A stretch of 64,000 bases of DNA from Ascidiella aspersa (Eukaryota), in contig OZ004613.1 of NCBI GenBank assembly GCA_963924565.1, positions 6,572,001 to 6,636,000 on the forward strand. The letters run 5' to 3'. The first letter of the stretch is position 1. Every line of letters begins with the position of its first letter. This document shows positions 39,624 to 55,908 of the stretch, piece by piece. Below the pieces are notes generated by a model, which did no database searches, was not told the origin of the DNA, and saw nothing but the letters and a program-made list of their open reading frames with translations. A program made the position numbers and the translations under genes.

Positions 39624-40397
39624 TTAAGCCATGAAACCACCAGTTATTTCAAGTGTCGCTCCATTAATGTAAGAGCTTTCATCGCTTGCCAGGAACAAAC
39701 AAGCATTAGCAACTTCAACTGGCTTTCCAAAGCGCCTCATTGGAACCATTTCCTTCAAGAATTTCAGTCGGGATTCGTCAGCTTTACGTAGGAGTGGTGT
39801 GTCAATTAAACCAGGAGAGACAGAATTGCACCTTACACCGTATTTACCCACTTCAATGCACGTCGTCTTTGTAAATGCAACAACCCCGGCTTTACTAGAA
39901 GTGTAAGCCGCGCCATTTTCAAATCCCACCTTTGCCGCTATGCTGGCGATGTTAACGATACTTGCTCCTGCTACGGACTTGTTCTCAGCAAGCTTAAGTC
40001 GCCGGAGAAACGCCTTCGTAAAATTGAAGACGCCATTCAGGTTGACGTTCATTATTTGGTTAAACTGAGCCGTGGTCGTTTCGACGATCGGGGACATACG
40101 ATCAATACCAGCGCAGTTAACTAAAACGTTGCAATTCACTCCGAAATGAGAGTTTGTCATTGACAAGGCATCTGACACAGAATTCTCTTCAATTACATTG
40201 CATTGCGCCATCGCCACTTTGCCTTGATATTTAGCATTCAGCTTCTCGTAGCTATCTTTGAGAGTTTCCTGGTTGCAATCCACCATCATTACTTTGGAAC
40301 CTTCGTTCAGAAAGCGTTCGCAAATAGCTTCCCCGATGACCCCTGCGGCTCCAGTCACAATGGCCACTTTACCGTCTAACTTACCAATTTGCGCCAT
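39624..40397 (-). CDS. HSD17B8-like: SDR copy D, intact, most divergent
   Basis: TGAAGVIG, NCAG, NIAS, YTSSK; start MAQIG. Confidence 0.9.
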   Translation of the reverse strand: MAQIGKLDGKVAIVTGAAGVIGEAICERFLNEGSKVMMVDCNQETLKDSYEKLNAKYQGKVAMAQCNVIEENSVSDALSMTNSHFGVNCNVLVNCAGIDRMSPIVETTTAQFNQIMNVNLNGVFNFTKAFLRRLKLAENKSVAGASIVNIASIAAKVGFENGAAYTSSKAGVVAFTKTTCIEVGKYGVRCNSVSPGLIDTPLLRKADESRLKFLKEMVPMRRFGKPVEVANACLFLASDESSYINGATLEITGGFMA

Positions 40398-43300
40398 TTT
40401 AAACCTAAAATAAAAAACACTTAAAAAAATACAATCGAAAAAATGCCTTTCCATTTCTCTATAATACGTTGCTACAGTTGTAATACAGCTAATATCAACC
40501 ACTAAGTGCTGAGACCTTGTTGACCATAAGTTGATCATAAGTAAATGAATTGTACAAACCATAAGTAAATGAATTGTACAAAATAACTCACATTTAAACC
40601 TGCCCTTAAAATCCTAAAAGCCAAAATCATCGTATTGCCGAAAAGCTGTGTAGTTTTAAAACCACAGCCTAAAAAGAGAAAAACTTGCTGATGCCCTTGA
40701 CCATCATGGACGAGTGATTTAAGTTGAAAATGCACTATCTTCAATAAAAGCTTGGAGAGAGAGTCCGACCATTGCAAAAGGTGACGTTGCTATTTTATTC
40801 TGGCATTAAAATTCTATCCATCATTTTATAGAATTTTAATGTAACTCACCTTATCGTAATTCGTTTTAGACTAAACTGCTAAATATTTTATGGACAGGTT
40901 TATTTGTTCCTGTGATATTTGACTCTTCTTGCAACAAAGTTCCCAAGAAGTGCTAAACAGAAATCATGTTTTCTAAGCAGATAGGAATCCTACTTTGCGA
41001 GTGATGTAATTTGTAACTAGATTTCATAAATTGAAAACACTTTAGTCATACTTAATAATAACGCTGCTTCGATTGCTGTAACTGTTGCAACTTCCATCCT
41101 TATTTTTTGGTGCATATTAGGCGAAAATTCCTCAACTGCTGAATGCAGTGTTGCTTCGTGCATATGGCCTTGAGCTTGTGAGTTCGTGCATATGGCCTTA
41201 TACTTGACAGTTCGTGCATCATTTGAATAACTGTCAACACACGAAGTCGTGAACGGTATTACGTCAAAACCAGAACATTTTTGTGAGTAAGTTATCGTGT
41301 CCAAAGGTCTTGCATCTCATTGCAGTTTTGACTATTAAGTTGCCATGAATCTTTGACCGAAAAAGTTTTAGTACAACAAAATGTGTATTCTGTCAAGGAA
41401 ATGATAGGCTAAATCAGGGTGCTCCAATCCCAGGCCCGCAGGCCTCATGTTGGCTAGTGGTCGGTAATTTTTTTGAAAAAGTTAAAATTGTAACTAAAAT
41501 CTTGATTTTTTGGCTTAAATACACAGGCCGCTTAAACAGTTTTGAACGACAGTTTAGAACTACAATAAATATGCTGTTGCTACCAGGCATAGTATATTTA
41601 AAACAGGGTCCTCTGGCAATATATATATATTGCCAGAGGAACCTGTTTTAAATAGTTTAGAACTACGCTTGAATATTGATTTTTCCCACATGTTGAATTT
41701 TATTTTAAAATGAATTCTTTAATTGTTATTTGTTTACACAGAATATTTATTTTGGTTTAATGATTTTGTAATGGCGACTTTCAACGCAATCGGCCACTTT
41801 ATATGGCATCTTCTAAATTGGCCGGCTCCATTATTACGACCGTATTTTCGTGTCTTATATGAAGCGGCAAGGCGTGACGAAAAAGGGAGCCGGCAGCTTT
41901 ACCATTTTAACTGGCCGATTTATGTTGAGCAAAACGAATTAAAGGCGCCGAAGCAAACGCAATCAGTTTGGTGCAGAATGAGCCGTAAGCAAACTAGAAA
42001 ACCTTTTGTTCCAAACCTGTACTAGTTGTGTTTTGGCACAGATTTTATCTCTGTGATAAGTATGCTGCTTTTAAGGCTGCAAGTCATCTGTGAAGCTGCA
42101 AATTGAGGGAGTTTGTTTATTTATTGGCAAGGATTAGTGGCTAGAATGACATTAAAACAATAATGTATTCTTTATTTTAAAATTATTAACGAACATATCT
42201 TAGATACTTCTCTGTATATAAGTTTTTTTATGAACGACAGAATAATCAACCGGCGATGTCAAGACTAAATTCCGTGTTCACCTAATTTACAAGAAAAACA
42301 ATTGCTGTTGGTACAGGATTTTTTGAGATAACATTTAGCGAACCTTTCCTTAAAAGTGTTTTTGGGGCCAGACCAAAATGTTGTGCAATTCATGAGGCCG
42401 CAGTTCAAGTCGGTTCTATCATTTCCAAACTTGAACAACTAGATTTTTTCCAGCTATTTTAAATTAGACCTGGAACTACCGAAATCTTTGAAACTAGAAA
42501 TTATAGTAAAATCTCCACTTAATATATTATTTTTATTCAACTTACAATAATTTCAAGAAAATTGCATTTTCCTAAAAAAAAATAAAAAAAATTGTACACC
42601 AAGATTGACACAGATTTTAAAATGAAAATTCCACCTGGGTGTCGCTGATTGTGAAACAGAAAACGCCGCTGAACAAAGTGGCGTTTTGTTTCAAACAGGA
42701 AGTAGATTAAACCTACAATTAGAGAACACAAGCAATTCACAAATTAGAGTAGAATAGGATACTAGACAACTCGAATTATCTAAGTCGGACCAGCCTGTTG
42801 GCTGAAGAGATAAATAAGACCGGGAGAGAACAACTTATTTTTAATAGAAAGGGACATCAATTAAGCAAGCATGTGATACTTTTACACTATATTCCCCAAA
42901 GTAATTAAAGTTACTATATTTACCTTTATTTTCTTGCCGTTAACTTTCTTAATATATAGGCACACCCATCGCTTTAAATTTTGAAAAACTGTAGCATTTA
43001 GCCTACTTTTACGGCACTATACACGTGACCATTGTCCATTGACGTGTGACCGCCGCACCTAGCGAATTGCCTTTCCGCATTTGACAATTCATTCTACTTT
43101 ATACGTCTTACTGATTAGCGGCTTGAATCACCGCTCTGTTTATCGCTGTATTTCTGAGATTTGTGAATATACTCTAAGAGCAACTATCTACTGAGTGGAT
43201 TGTCTTTGCTTAGAGTACAAGAAGTTAAGGACAGGTATTCTAGCGGCCTGCTCCTTTGGAGTCGGATTAAGAACTTGTAAGAGACTTAGGCAGCCGTCGG

Positions 43301-43725
43301 CCCTCGTCTATAGGGTCAGCAGCCTTCTTATAGCTCCCTACAACCCCTCTACGCTTCAAAACCAATAGCTAAAAATAGTTTGAGGTAAAACACCACATTC
43401 ATACGCAAACATAGGTTAGAAAGCCAAGCGATTAAAAAAGCTTGCCTTAGGACAGTTCAAGCAGCTTAGAACAAAATATGACCCTCAAAATATCTAATCT
43501 ACTTTTTAATATAAACTACTAACAAATTCGCTTTATAGCCGGAAAAACAAAACGCGGAAAGAATACAATGTATATTTAACATCGTGTTTTTGCATTTATT
43601 TTCATTAAACATTAAATGTTAGGATCATATTAATATACAAAATAGTTTTTAGCGAATATAACAAAGTAGTAGTTATATATCAAATATAGCAAGTTGTTTG
43701 TAAACTTTCTTAACCGTCGTAACTT

Positions 43726-44901
<1,176 letters not shown>

Positions 44902-47126
44902 TTACTGCCCTTTGGGCAAAACCGCAGCCGAACCACAGCCAAACACAGATTAAAACTTGCTGATGCCTTTATCTGTTATGCATGAGTGATTTAAGTTTAG
45001 AATAATTTGTATTTCAAAAGAGAATCCGACCTTTGCAAAATGGTGACGTTATGACGTTTTTGCTAGGCGCAGTTCATTGATATATAAGTGTTTTCAAAGA
45101 TATATCATTTTACGGGTATTTCCAAAACTGTGAATTTTTACGTAATGTTTACAACCTTGCCGCTGTTTATGGAATTTTAATGTGACTCATTTTATCGTAT
45201 TTGTTTCTAGACTATAAAAATATTTTATGCCCGGGTTTAAGAGTTACTGGGATATTTCAATCTTCGAGCAACAAAGGAGAAGCGCTTTAGAGTAATCGTT
45301 TTTCTAACTAGGTAAGAATTCTACTTAACGAGTGAAGGAGTTTGCAAGTGGAACCCATAGATTAACAAAATTTTAGTCATTCTTGATAAACGCTGTTGCT
45401 GTAACTGTTGCAACTGTTGCAACTGCTATAGCCTTTTTAGTGTATATCAGGCTAAATTTCCTAAACTTCTGAATACTGCGTTGCTTTTTGCATCTGCACT
45501 AAAACTGATCAGTTCGTGCGGCGTCATTGTGCATTTGAATAATTGTCGTCAAACCAAGTTGTGAAGGACATTACGCTAAAAAGTAAATATTTTGCAAGTA
45601 AGTTATCATTTCAAAGCTTCACTGCCCCTTGATCTCATTGCAGTTTTGACTATTAAGCTGCCGTGAATCTTCTGACTGGAAAAGTCTCATTACGACAAAA
45701 TGTCTACTTTGTCAGGGAAATGATAGGCTAAATCAAGATGGTCCAAACCCAGGCCCGCTAGCTACATATGGCCTGCAACAGCATTGTTTGTGGCCCGCGA
45801 AGCACTGTTGAATTATTGTACGGCGTACCGTTAATGGTTTGATGTTTAATCAACGAAATATAAGGGACCAACGAACAGAAAGCATGTTCAAATTGTGTTT
45901 TTTTGATAACATTTTTCGGGGTGCACTATTAAATAAACCGATTGTCTGTCGCTTATCAAGTTCAGATCCAGGTGGCAGAAAGACGTGTCGTATACTATTT
46001 ACAATGTGCTTGGCCTGTTTATGGGAATTGGTATGGTGCGTCTTTTTATTGTCAACACAACAGAGATAGTACGACCAATAAATTTAACTAACTTTTTTCC
46101 ACACTTCAAAATAACTTGTTGGCAAAATTTATCCAGCTGCTGAAAAATATTTTTTCAGGCTTTCTTTGTGACTGTATAGGCCAGTGGTGGGTAATTTTTT
46201 TTTGTCGCGGCCAAAACTGCTTTTTCAAGAGCTATTGCAGGCCCACTACGTGAAACGAAAGACGTCACAAAAGTTACGTCATAAAACACTTAAATCGTAA
46301 AAAATCTGCGTTTAGTGCGAAAAGTTATAGTCTCATTTAATGAAATTTTACGACTAGAAGTCACACGGCAAAACATGCCATAGTATGCATATTGTCTTTA
46401 GGCTCACTTAAACGATTTAATAAAGTAGGCCTATAAGTCTTTGCGTGCTGCATAGCAAGGTTGCCCTATGATACAACACTGACAAAAATGAGAAAAAACA
46501 CTATATCCAGGCCATTTAAAAAAATACAGTACAGTAAATGTACTGCTATCACGCGTTCCACAACTACATGAAAAAACAGAAATATTAGAAAATAGCTCAT
46601 GGCCCACTAAACTTGCTCAAAACCTACATTTCCGCGGCCCACAGTTTGCCGACAATGCTGTGGGTTAATGCCCTTTCAGTCACATCCTACAGCTAACACA
46701 TTTTATGCGCAAAACGATAGCACCTTTGTGATTTGACGACGGCGTAGATATCCAACACATCGTTAACTAAAATTTTAACAAGCGCTGCTGGCTGAAAAGA
46801 TAAACGTTACTGCTAGAAACAAAACAATATTACAAAATGAAAAAGCTTGCCGTATAGGACAGCTTAAGCTGTTTAAAACAAAATATTACCCTCAAAGTAT
46901 CTGATCTACGATTAACCTAAACAAATTTGCAGTAAAACCGGAAAAAAACTTAACGCGGAAATAATACAATGTATATTTAACATCGTATTTTTGTATTTAT
47001 TTTCGTTGCACATAATTGTTGGCATGATATTAATATACAGAATAATTTTTAGCATTTATTAAAATAATAGTGATATATCAAAGATAGGAACGTGTTTGTA
47101 GAACTTAACCGTCGTAACCTTTAAGT

Positions 47127-47884
47127 TTAGCATCCACCAGCCACTTCCAATGTCGCTCCATTGATGTAAGAGCTTTCATCACTTGCCAGGAACAAACAAG
47201 CATTAGCAACTTCAACTGGCTTTCCAAAGCGCCCCATCGGAATCATTTGCCTTAAGGCTTCATGCTGATATCCGCCTTGAAGCATTGGAGTATCAATTAC
47301 CCCTGGCATTACCGCATTGCACCTGACACCAAACTTTCCCACCTCAATGCACGTCGTCTTTGTGAATGCGACCAGTCCACCTTTAGAAGCAGCGTAAGCA
47401 GAAACACTTGGATATCCCGTTTTAGCCGCTAAACTTGAGATGTTAACGATACTTGCTCCTGTTGTATCCTTCTTCTCACAAAGATCAAGGTGCTGTAGAA
47501 ACTCTCTTGTTAAAAGGAAGGGGCCAATTAAGTTGACGTCCAACACATGATCGAATAAAGCCAGGGTTGTTTCTATGATTGGGCTCACATGACAAATACC
47601 AGCGCAGTTGACCAGAATGTTGCATTTCTGTCCAAATTGAGAGTGTGCAGTTGAGAAAGCTTCTGGTGCCGCATTCTCTTTAGATACATCGCCTTCAATC
47701 ATAGCAACGCTGTCTTTAAACTTTGCATGAAACCTTTCATAGATTTTTTTGAGATTTTCCAAATTGCAATCCACCATCATGACTTTGGAACCTTCGGTCA
47801 GAAAGCGTTCGCAAATAGCTTCCCCGATGCCACCTGCGGCTCCAGTGACAATCGCCACTTTACCGTTTAACCAACTTGCGCCAT
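47127..47884 (-). pseudogene. SDR copy F (B-like), frameshifted after codon ~5, remainder open
   Basis: 4-bp deletion near 47871 relative to copy A puts the homologous ATG (47884) out of frame; the ORF-track start at 47858 is a GTG. Confidence 0.75.
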
Positions 47885-48279
47885 TCTAAATCTGAAACAC
47901 AATACACGTGTTGTATGAAAAGAATGACAATACAAATATTTTACAGGTACTTCCAGAACGGTGAATTTTGCCTGGAATTCTATGTTTCGTTTAGAACGTT
48001 GCCGTTTTTCATAGCATTTTAATGCCACTAACCTTATCGTATTGCGTTTTAGACTAAACTTCTAAATATTTTAGGCCCAGGTTTATTTGTTCCTGTGATA
48101 TTTGACTCTTCTTACAACAAAGTTTCCAAGAAGCGCAAAAATTTTTTTTTCAATGCAGATTTCATAATTTAAAAACACTTTAGTCATACTTTATGACAAA
48201 GCTGTTTCTATTGCTGTAATTGTTGTAACTTTTATACCTTTCAATTGCATATTAGGCTAAAATTCCAACTTCTGATTAA

Positions 48280-48307
48280 CCTACTTTAACCTACCAATTT
48301 GCGCCAT
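48280..48307 (-). pseudogene. SDR copy G, remnant of the first codons (MAQIGRLK) with D-type upstream region
   Basis: 48294-48900 is homologous to 40384-41000. Confidence 0.75.
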
Positions 48308-50757
48308 TTTAAATCTAAAATAAAAAACACTTGGAAAGAACTACAATCAAAAGTGCATTTCCACTTCTCCAGTTGTAATACAGCTAACATCAATCATTAA
48401 ATGCTGAGACCTTGTTGATCATAAGTTGACCATAAGTAAATGAATTGTACAAACCATAAGTAAATGAATTGTACAAAATAACTTGCGACATTTAAACTTG
48501 CCCTTAAAGTCCTAAAATCCAAAATCGTTTTGCCGAAAAGTTATGTAGTTTTGAAACCACAGCCAAAAAAGAGAAAAACTTGCTGATGCCCTTGAATATG
48601 ATGGACGGGTGACTTAAGTTGAAAATGCACTGTTTCAAAAAAAGCTTAGAGAGAGATTCCGACCATTGCAAAATGTGACGTTGCCATTTTATTCTGGCAT
48701 TAAAATTCTATACATCATTTTATAGAATTTGAATGCAACTTACCTTATCGTATTACGTTTTAGACTAAACTTCTAAATATTTTAGGCCCAGGTTTATTTG
48801 TTCCTGTGATATTTGACTTTCTTACAACAAAGTTTCCAAGAAGCGAAAAAATTGTGTTTTCTAAGCAGATTTCACAAATGAAAACCATTTAGTCATACTT
48901 AATGACAACGCTGTTTCTATTGCTGTAACTATTGCAAGTCCCTTTTTAGTGCATATTATAGGCTAAAATTCCTTAACTGCTGCATGCTGCATTGCTTTTT
49001 ACATCTTGCCTTAGACTAAACAGTTCGTACGGCGTCATTGTGCATTTCAATAATTGTCATCAAACAAAGTCGTGAACGACATTAAGCAAAAACGTGAACG
49101 CTTTGTCAACAAGTTATCATGTTAAAACGTAACTGCCATTGCCCTTGCATTGTAACGTCGGGTTGCTGCTGGACTTGAAGCTGTTGTTTTGTTTTAGAAA
49201 ATGATTTATGAGGAATTTTAAATCGATTTGCAGTAGTGCAGTATATCACATATCGACAAGAACCCTTGCAGTACGCTACCCCACATTAACTAGTGGAGTG
49301 GTTTTTAATGTGAGGGCCACGAAGTCCTTCAGGTCAATCGTATTCGTTTGAGCAAGCATTTTCAAATTTCACCGTGGAGGCTATGTCACAACCTGTTCGA
49401 CAATATATACAGATTTTTCTCTTGACTTAAGTCTGTAAAACTTCAAATTAGTTTTGTCTTTAGGCCTACTTCCTAACCCGATACGTTGACCTAAAGCAGG
49501 GCCGCATGCGGCCCTTCTCCATTTTTTGTGCGGCCCTTCACCTTCTTCCAGCTATTTTTCCCTAAATAAAGCTACGGGTGTGCACTATGTTGGGACTTTT
49601 GCTCTAACAGTTTCTTGTTTGAAGTGCGACGTAACCCATTGGCTATACGTCGCCACACTAATGCAGTTGAACTCAAATAGAAGCTTCTATTACAAAACAA
49701 TTTTTATTCATAAAATTTTAATTATGCCTCGTTGTTAAGATAATGAATTATTTTGCAACAATGACACTTGTCTATTACAATCAAGGTATAACAGACTTTT
49801 GCCACGCATATTGAGTGAGATGTTACTTTAACAGCTGGTTTTGAATATAGCAGTTAAATAAATTGTACTGAGCTGATCCGTACGAGGACAGCTTCATTGG
49901 AATTGTAGGAAAAGTTATTTCCGAATCCACAAGTAGACAACACTGACAAACTGCCGTAGTTGCAGCCAAGTTTTGTCCAGTAAAAGCCGAAAATATAAAT
50001 TAGTGTTTTTAGGATGTGCGGCCCTCCTGTAAGCATCACATTTCCTAATTGGCCCTTGTGGTGAAAAGGTTGCCCACCCCTGACTAAAAGGGTAGGTCGG
50101 AGTAATATTACGTCACATTATGAGTTAGATATACCCACCAACTACCAATTTTCCGGATATTTCCATCTGAAACGCTAAGTAGCCTTTTAAAGCCAATGCC
50201 AAGTAGGTGGGCTAAAACGGTCGGTGGCAAGTTCAAAGTGGTTATCTGTAGAAAGTATGGCTTCCGAAGTAGATGATTCTATTTACCAAAATTAACATGC
50301 GTAAATCACGTTAACGTATCTATACGAAACGGCTTTTTAATGTCCACCTTAAAATTCAAAATGTTCAATGGTTTCCCATACTTCTAAAAAACACTAAAAT
50401 GCTAAAAGTGGAAACATTTTGGACTTATATCATGGACTAGCCTGATATTTAGTCTCACTAATTGTATTGTCTGCTTACCACATATTCGTAACGATGTGTA
50501 TCTTTTGCACGGCACCGGTTGCAATTATGTAGGTAATTTACCATAATAACCCTACAACATGGAGCCATGCAGCGCATGACATCCGTTCAACGAAACTGCC
50601 GCAAGCCATTAATAAGCAGAAAACCAACCACCACCGCTGATTGAACTTAATTTGTGGAGGAAATCTAACCATGCACTTTGTCGGTTTGTTAGCACGTTTT
50701 TATATATCAGAAAAAACATTTTCACATCGTAAAAATGTTAAAATGAATACAAACCTA

Positions 50758-51049
50758 AGTTGAATCAATTACATTAACAGTTCAATTACAATTACTCCTT
50801 TCAACTCCCTTTCAAGTTTCAAATACATTACAATTACAATTTCATTGAAAACTGTAATTTATTACATGAATCCAATTTTCGGCATTGAAACTTCAATTTT
50901 CTCAATATCAATGTATCGAGCCAAAATTTTAGCAAATTACAATTACAATTTGAACCACACAGAATAAAAATATGTCAATTACATTACAATTACATTAAAA
51001 CTGTAATTAACTACATCGATTACAATTACAAATTACAATTGATTCAACT
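50758..51049. mobile_element. MITE-like element with internal (AATTAC)n motifs
   Basis: AGTTGAATCAATT / AATTGATTCAACT inverted ends; absent from the paralogous segment near 37290. Confidence 0.65.
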
Positions 51050-51354
51050 CTGATACAGAGTTAGTCGAAAGTTCAAAGTGACACCTACTTTTGTAAGGGC
51101 TTTTATATAGGTTTACTAGTTCGAGTTTTTGTTACATTTCGGTCCGCTTACAAGTAGGTATTGTTAACTGGCATGAAGCTTGTGAACACAAATAAATACT
51201 TTTGAAAGCAATAATATAATTGTCAGCGAAATCTATGCACAATTCTCATCCTTTCCCAGCTATTCCTTATTGTATTTAAAACTCCACACTATAATGTAAC
51301 GTAGGGTATTATAAAATCTCAACCAAAACTTTTTCTGAAATTGTGCGTTTTTCT

Positions 51355-51806
51355 GAGGTTGAATTGATATTTTGCAGCAAAGGACTTACCATTTGTGTTT
51401 CAGGTTTTAGTGTTTATAAGTAAATAATGTATTGTGCAAATGTTTTAAATATTGTATATTTAGGTTAATTGACCTGGACTGTCAAAGCGTGCAGCAGAAA
51501 ATCCTACCACATTTCAAACTAGAAATACAGAGACAAAATTTATAAGCAATTAAAACATTTATTGTCTCATCTTAAAGTCAAAAGGTTACCATTTGATCTA
51601 ATTATGTTTTAAAGATTTTATCCTATAGATGGCGCCCTAGAGTTAAATATTTTCAGAAAACATTATTTACTTATAAAAACCAAAACCTGAATCACAAATG
51701 GTAGGTCCTCTACTGCAAAGTTTCAATTCAACCTCTTGTCAGACTGCTACAGCTTTGGTACAGTGACAATTTGAAATGTGGTAGGTTTTTCTGGCGCACC
51801 CTGTGT
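51355..51806. mobile_element. Foldback/MITE remnant, possibly Tc1-mariner type
   Basis: Inverted repeat ~51355-51430 / 51661-51736; right end CACCCTGTGTA. Confidence 0.5.
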
Positions 51807-54800
51807 AATGTATTTCATACATAATAAAAATAGAACGCGTAGTCGAGTCGCATACAAAGTTTGATACTCCTATCAAATCACTTTGTAAGTTTTCCACTAT
51901 TTTTGTTGTTAATGCAACATTGAATAAGTAACATAAATGTGTTCCCGATCTATTTTTAAAACGATTAGAGGAAAAAAGAGTAAACCGGAAAGGGTTTTCT
52001 ACCAATTTTTATAAACTTTCTTGTATAGTCAGGCGTTTTCTTTCCATCCTTATTCCATTTCCAGTGCAATAATCGCAATTCAAAAAGCAAGCCTTTAAGT
52101 ACAAACGTATAGCAATTTTTTTGACAGACACCAATGAGGACAAATATAAGAAACTGGCCAAAGTAGAAATAGACACAATTGCCCCGAACAACAGACAAGA
52201 ACAACCGAAGTAAGGGTAAAAATTCACGTTTCAACCATGATCGTATCAGCTTGAGTTGTACTTATATAAAAATATATTGCATAGACATATCGATATGTTT
52301 CAAAACAATAATGCAAGCTCAAACATGTGCAAAGTGAAATAAATAAATACAGACTTAACATGTATATGTGTGTGCACACAACGCAGGTATGTGGCAACAA
52401 AACGTTAAGTTTAGATATAAAACGAGCAAGAATAGGCGGAATTCAAATACTAAAAAGCGATGAAGATTGTTCGAATGTATCTTAAACGGCTTGACTGCAG
52501 GTCCAGAGTTTTGGCGGGGATAGACTGTTCCTGCAAAAATACAAAAATACGAAGTTATCGGATATCGGAGGTGATGTTTAATGTTTCACAGATGGTTATT
52601 TTATTGCAGGTCGAACATGCAATACATGTCACAAAAACAGTCGAAAAAAATCTTGTCTTATAGGTAATACATTGTTATGTTCTATGCATGGTGCGTAGTC
52701 GGACTTGGGACTTAGATCACGAAAAACAACCCGAGTGCAGAGTCCGACGCGCGCATCAGGATTACCAAATTTTTAAACCGATAAGGCAGAAAATTGTAAA
52801 TTGTAAAGGTGGCATAGTATATAGCAACTAATATATAGAGACGTATTGTGGGTGGATGAATATTATAACACCCCTGTGAGTGGATTGCTGAGTATCCACC
52901 TTATTTCAGTTACGTAAGTGGGTGAAATATAGGCTGTAGGGTCGGAACCGGACCCTGGATCGCACATTTGGCCGGAGTTGGATTCATGATTCGGGTTTAA
53001 TTTGTTGGCCGGTGTCGGACTCGGGAGTTGGACTCGGGTTATTTTTAACCGACTCCGCAGCCCCGGCTCTATTAAGTTCCTACCTTATAAAGCGAATCCA
53101 CATCAGCTTCATCGATGCCACATCCAATCAACTCCAGCTGCCGTACATTGTGGGCACAAGTACGGAGGAAAGCGAGTACTTGCGATCCCAACTCTTTGTT
53201 ACCTCTAAGGTTTAACTTGGTCATCTACAAAGGCAAAAAATAATGTCTAGTACAAAACGACATGACAATTTCATTGTGGGCGATAGATTTTTTTGTGTCC
53301 CTTATTGTTGCTATTTAAAAAGTCGACCCACCCCTTATTCCAGCGGCCGGCATATTTTTTGTCGCCGCCCAAAATTCTTTTTCAAGAGCTCATTGCAGGC
53401 CCACTACGTGAAACGAATGACGTCATAGAGTTACGTCATAAAGCACTTAATCTTAAAAAACCTTGCGAATAGTGCGAAAAGTCTACATAGTCTCATTTAA
53501 TAAGCATTTCACTTTGTAGCGTTTATAAGTCATAAAGTCCCAGCATAAAACACTTAATCTGAAAAGATCTTGCATGTAGTGCAAAAAGTTTATAGTCTTA
53601 TTTAATAGGCATTTACTATTGTAGCGTTTATAAGTCACACGGCGTAACATACCTTATAGTATGCATAAAAAAATATAGTTTTAAGAGTGTACATAGCACG
53701 GTTGATCGGTGACCTTATCATGAAAAAATAAGCAAAAGTAAAAAAAACCTTAGCCACGCCATTTTTAAAATACCCTAAATCGGATGTAATTGTACTGCTA
53801 TCACGCGGCCCACAACTACATGACAAAACTGAAATATTAAAATTTAGCTAGTCAGCCACTAAAAATTACTCAAAGTCCCACATTAGGGGCGCGGCTCACA
53901 GTTTGCCAACCACTGCCTTATTCCAACAACACACACTTACAGGTCGATCCATTCGTGAAATGGCGTCGGTTAGAGGTTGCAGATCGGAACCAGAGATTTC
54001 GCAGTTCACCAATTCCAGATGCTTGATGTTGTGTACACTTGTTGCCAGGCAACTCAGAGCACGTGACTCAAACTTGTTGTGGCTCACGATCAATTTTTCC
54101 ATCTGTGCGATTAATTGAATTTAATTTTCATAATTGACCTTTCCATGGAACCTCAAACAACTACAAATATACGACCAGCCAAATAAGATATATGTATTGT
54201 ACTGTAAGTCTATACAACCAAAACCCGAGTGGGTAACGAGACGGGCTTTTTATAATAAAGTAATTTATGTTTCTAATCAGCCGGTCTTTTGAACTGAACA
54301 AAATATAAAATTAAAATAGTCACTGTTGGTATTCAGCAGGGGTGGTGTCCATGGACCCCTTAGCGGTCCACGAAAGCCTAATTGAAACGTTAGTGTGTAT
54401 TTAAGAAGTAATTCTTTAAAAAAAGACTTTAATTAAAAATTAAACGCCTTTGCACTGAATATAGTTAGACTCGATTTCACTTTCACATTATTTAGACTGA
54501 AATCAGCAGATTTCTGAAGTTTATTTGTATTTTGACCTCAAAGTCATGTATGACGTCATCTCTGAAAATCTCATGCCTCCGGTGGTCCACGCAAAGAAAA
54601 AAAAAAGGGGTTGGCGTTAAATAAAAGAACCCCTGGTATACAGTGACGGGTAAATACACAAAAGCATCAAGCATTAGTTCAGTCACCGACTCTTGCCCCA
54701 AATTCCATCGCATGTGTTTCTATCTCACTGATATTAAAACGTTTAATGCACTCGTTATTCCGACAACACGCACTTACAGGTCGTTCCAGTCGGGATATGG

Positions 54801-55376
54801 CGTCGGTTACAGGTTGCAGATCGGATCCAGCGATTTTGCAGTTGCGCAACTCTAGCTGCTTGATGTTATGTACACTTGCTGCCAGGCAACACAAACCACG
54901 TGACTCCAACTTGTTTCCGTACAGGAGCAGCACTTCCATCTACAATGACAAGAAATGCGAATTGTTATGTGTTCACCGGCTACAAGTTTCCATAACTTAC
55001 AAGGTGCTTTGTTTTAAACGCGAATAACAAGCTGTAGGCCTTTGTTCGTAGAACGAAAACACTGTTGCCTGTTTGACGCAAAATAATCCGTTGGATACTG
55101 CTGGGCTTTCACATGAAAAACGAATCAGGACAGCCAAACGAACATTTAGGCTAAATCTAATGTATTTTTATATAGATCCAACCAGATCTGGAGAAAAAGC
55201 GTTGTCTTTTATGCAATTTAAGAACGGAAACTTTTGGTGTTTTTCTGACTTACAGTGTAGGCTCACGCCATGTTTACACAGAGGAGTAAATTTCCGAAAA
55301 AAATGTTTGCAGCAAAATCAATTGCATCCATTATATATGTATTTATTGCCTTTTCTTCTTTGAATAGGCCCTAAAG

Positions 55377-55908
55377 CAGGGTTTCCCAAACTTATTGGGA
55401 CCACGGACCACTATTCGTGAATCTGTTTTTTCGCGGACCGCAATACAAATAACAAAAATAAAAAAATACTTATTTAAAACACTGACAACATCGGTGGGAC
55501 GGATAGTATTGCTTCTTTCTGCATATTTTTTTAATTCTCGGAGGTGTTTATGAAAGGCAAACTCGTAAGTCAGAGTCCACGGAAAGTCTGGACCTGTATT
55601 TTTCCGAATGGCGATAAGAATATATATTATTACGTCATAGAATACGAGAATTTTTCGTAACCAGCCTTTTGACTACAACGAAGATGCAGCAAGTAAGATT
55701 TGCGATACTGGATAGCAGAAGCTTTCGAAATTATTAGGTTGTAAAAAACTGCTGCAATTATTATTTTTTTTTGCTGCAATTATTTTTTGGGTACGTACTG
55801 TACAACGTATATGTGTGACTTTTTAATTTCTTGTCATATGGCCACGGACCACCTGTGCAGTCGTCGCGGACCACCGATGGTCCGCGGGCCACAGTTTGGG
55901 AAACCCGG
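55377..55908. mobile_element. hAT-type MITE in an NLR3 intron
   Basis: TIR CAGGGTTTCCCAAACT (one mismatch); perfect TSD CCCTAAAG. Confidence 0.9.

Noticed and set aside
28406-40397. SDR genes as a bacterial fabG horizontal transfer or contamination
   Set aside because: Lack of introns is not sufficient evidence. The copies are interleaved with eukaryotic TEs, have upstream splice acceptors and resemble metazoan HSD17B8; a phylogeny is needed.
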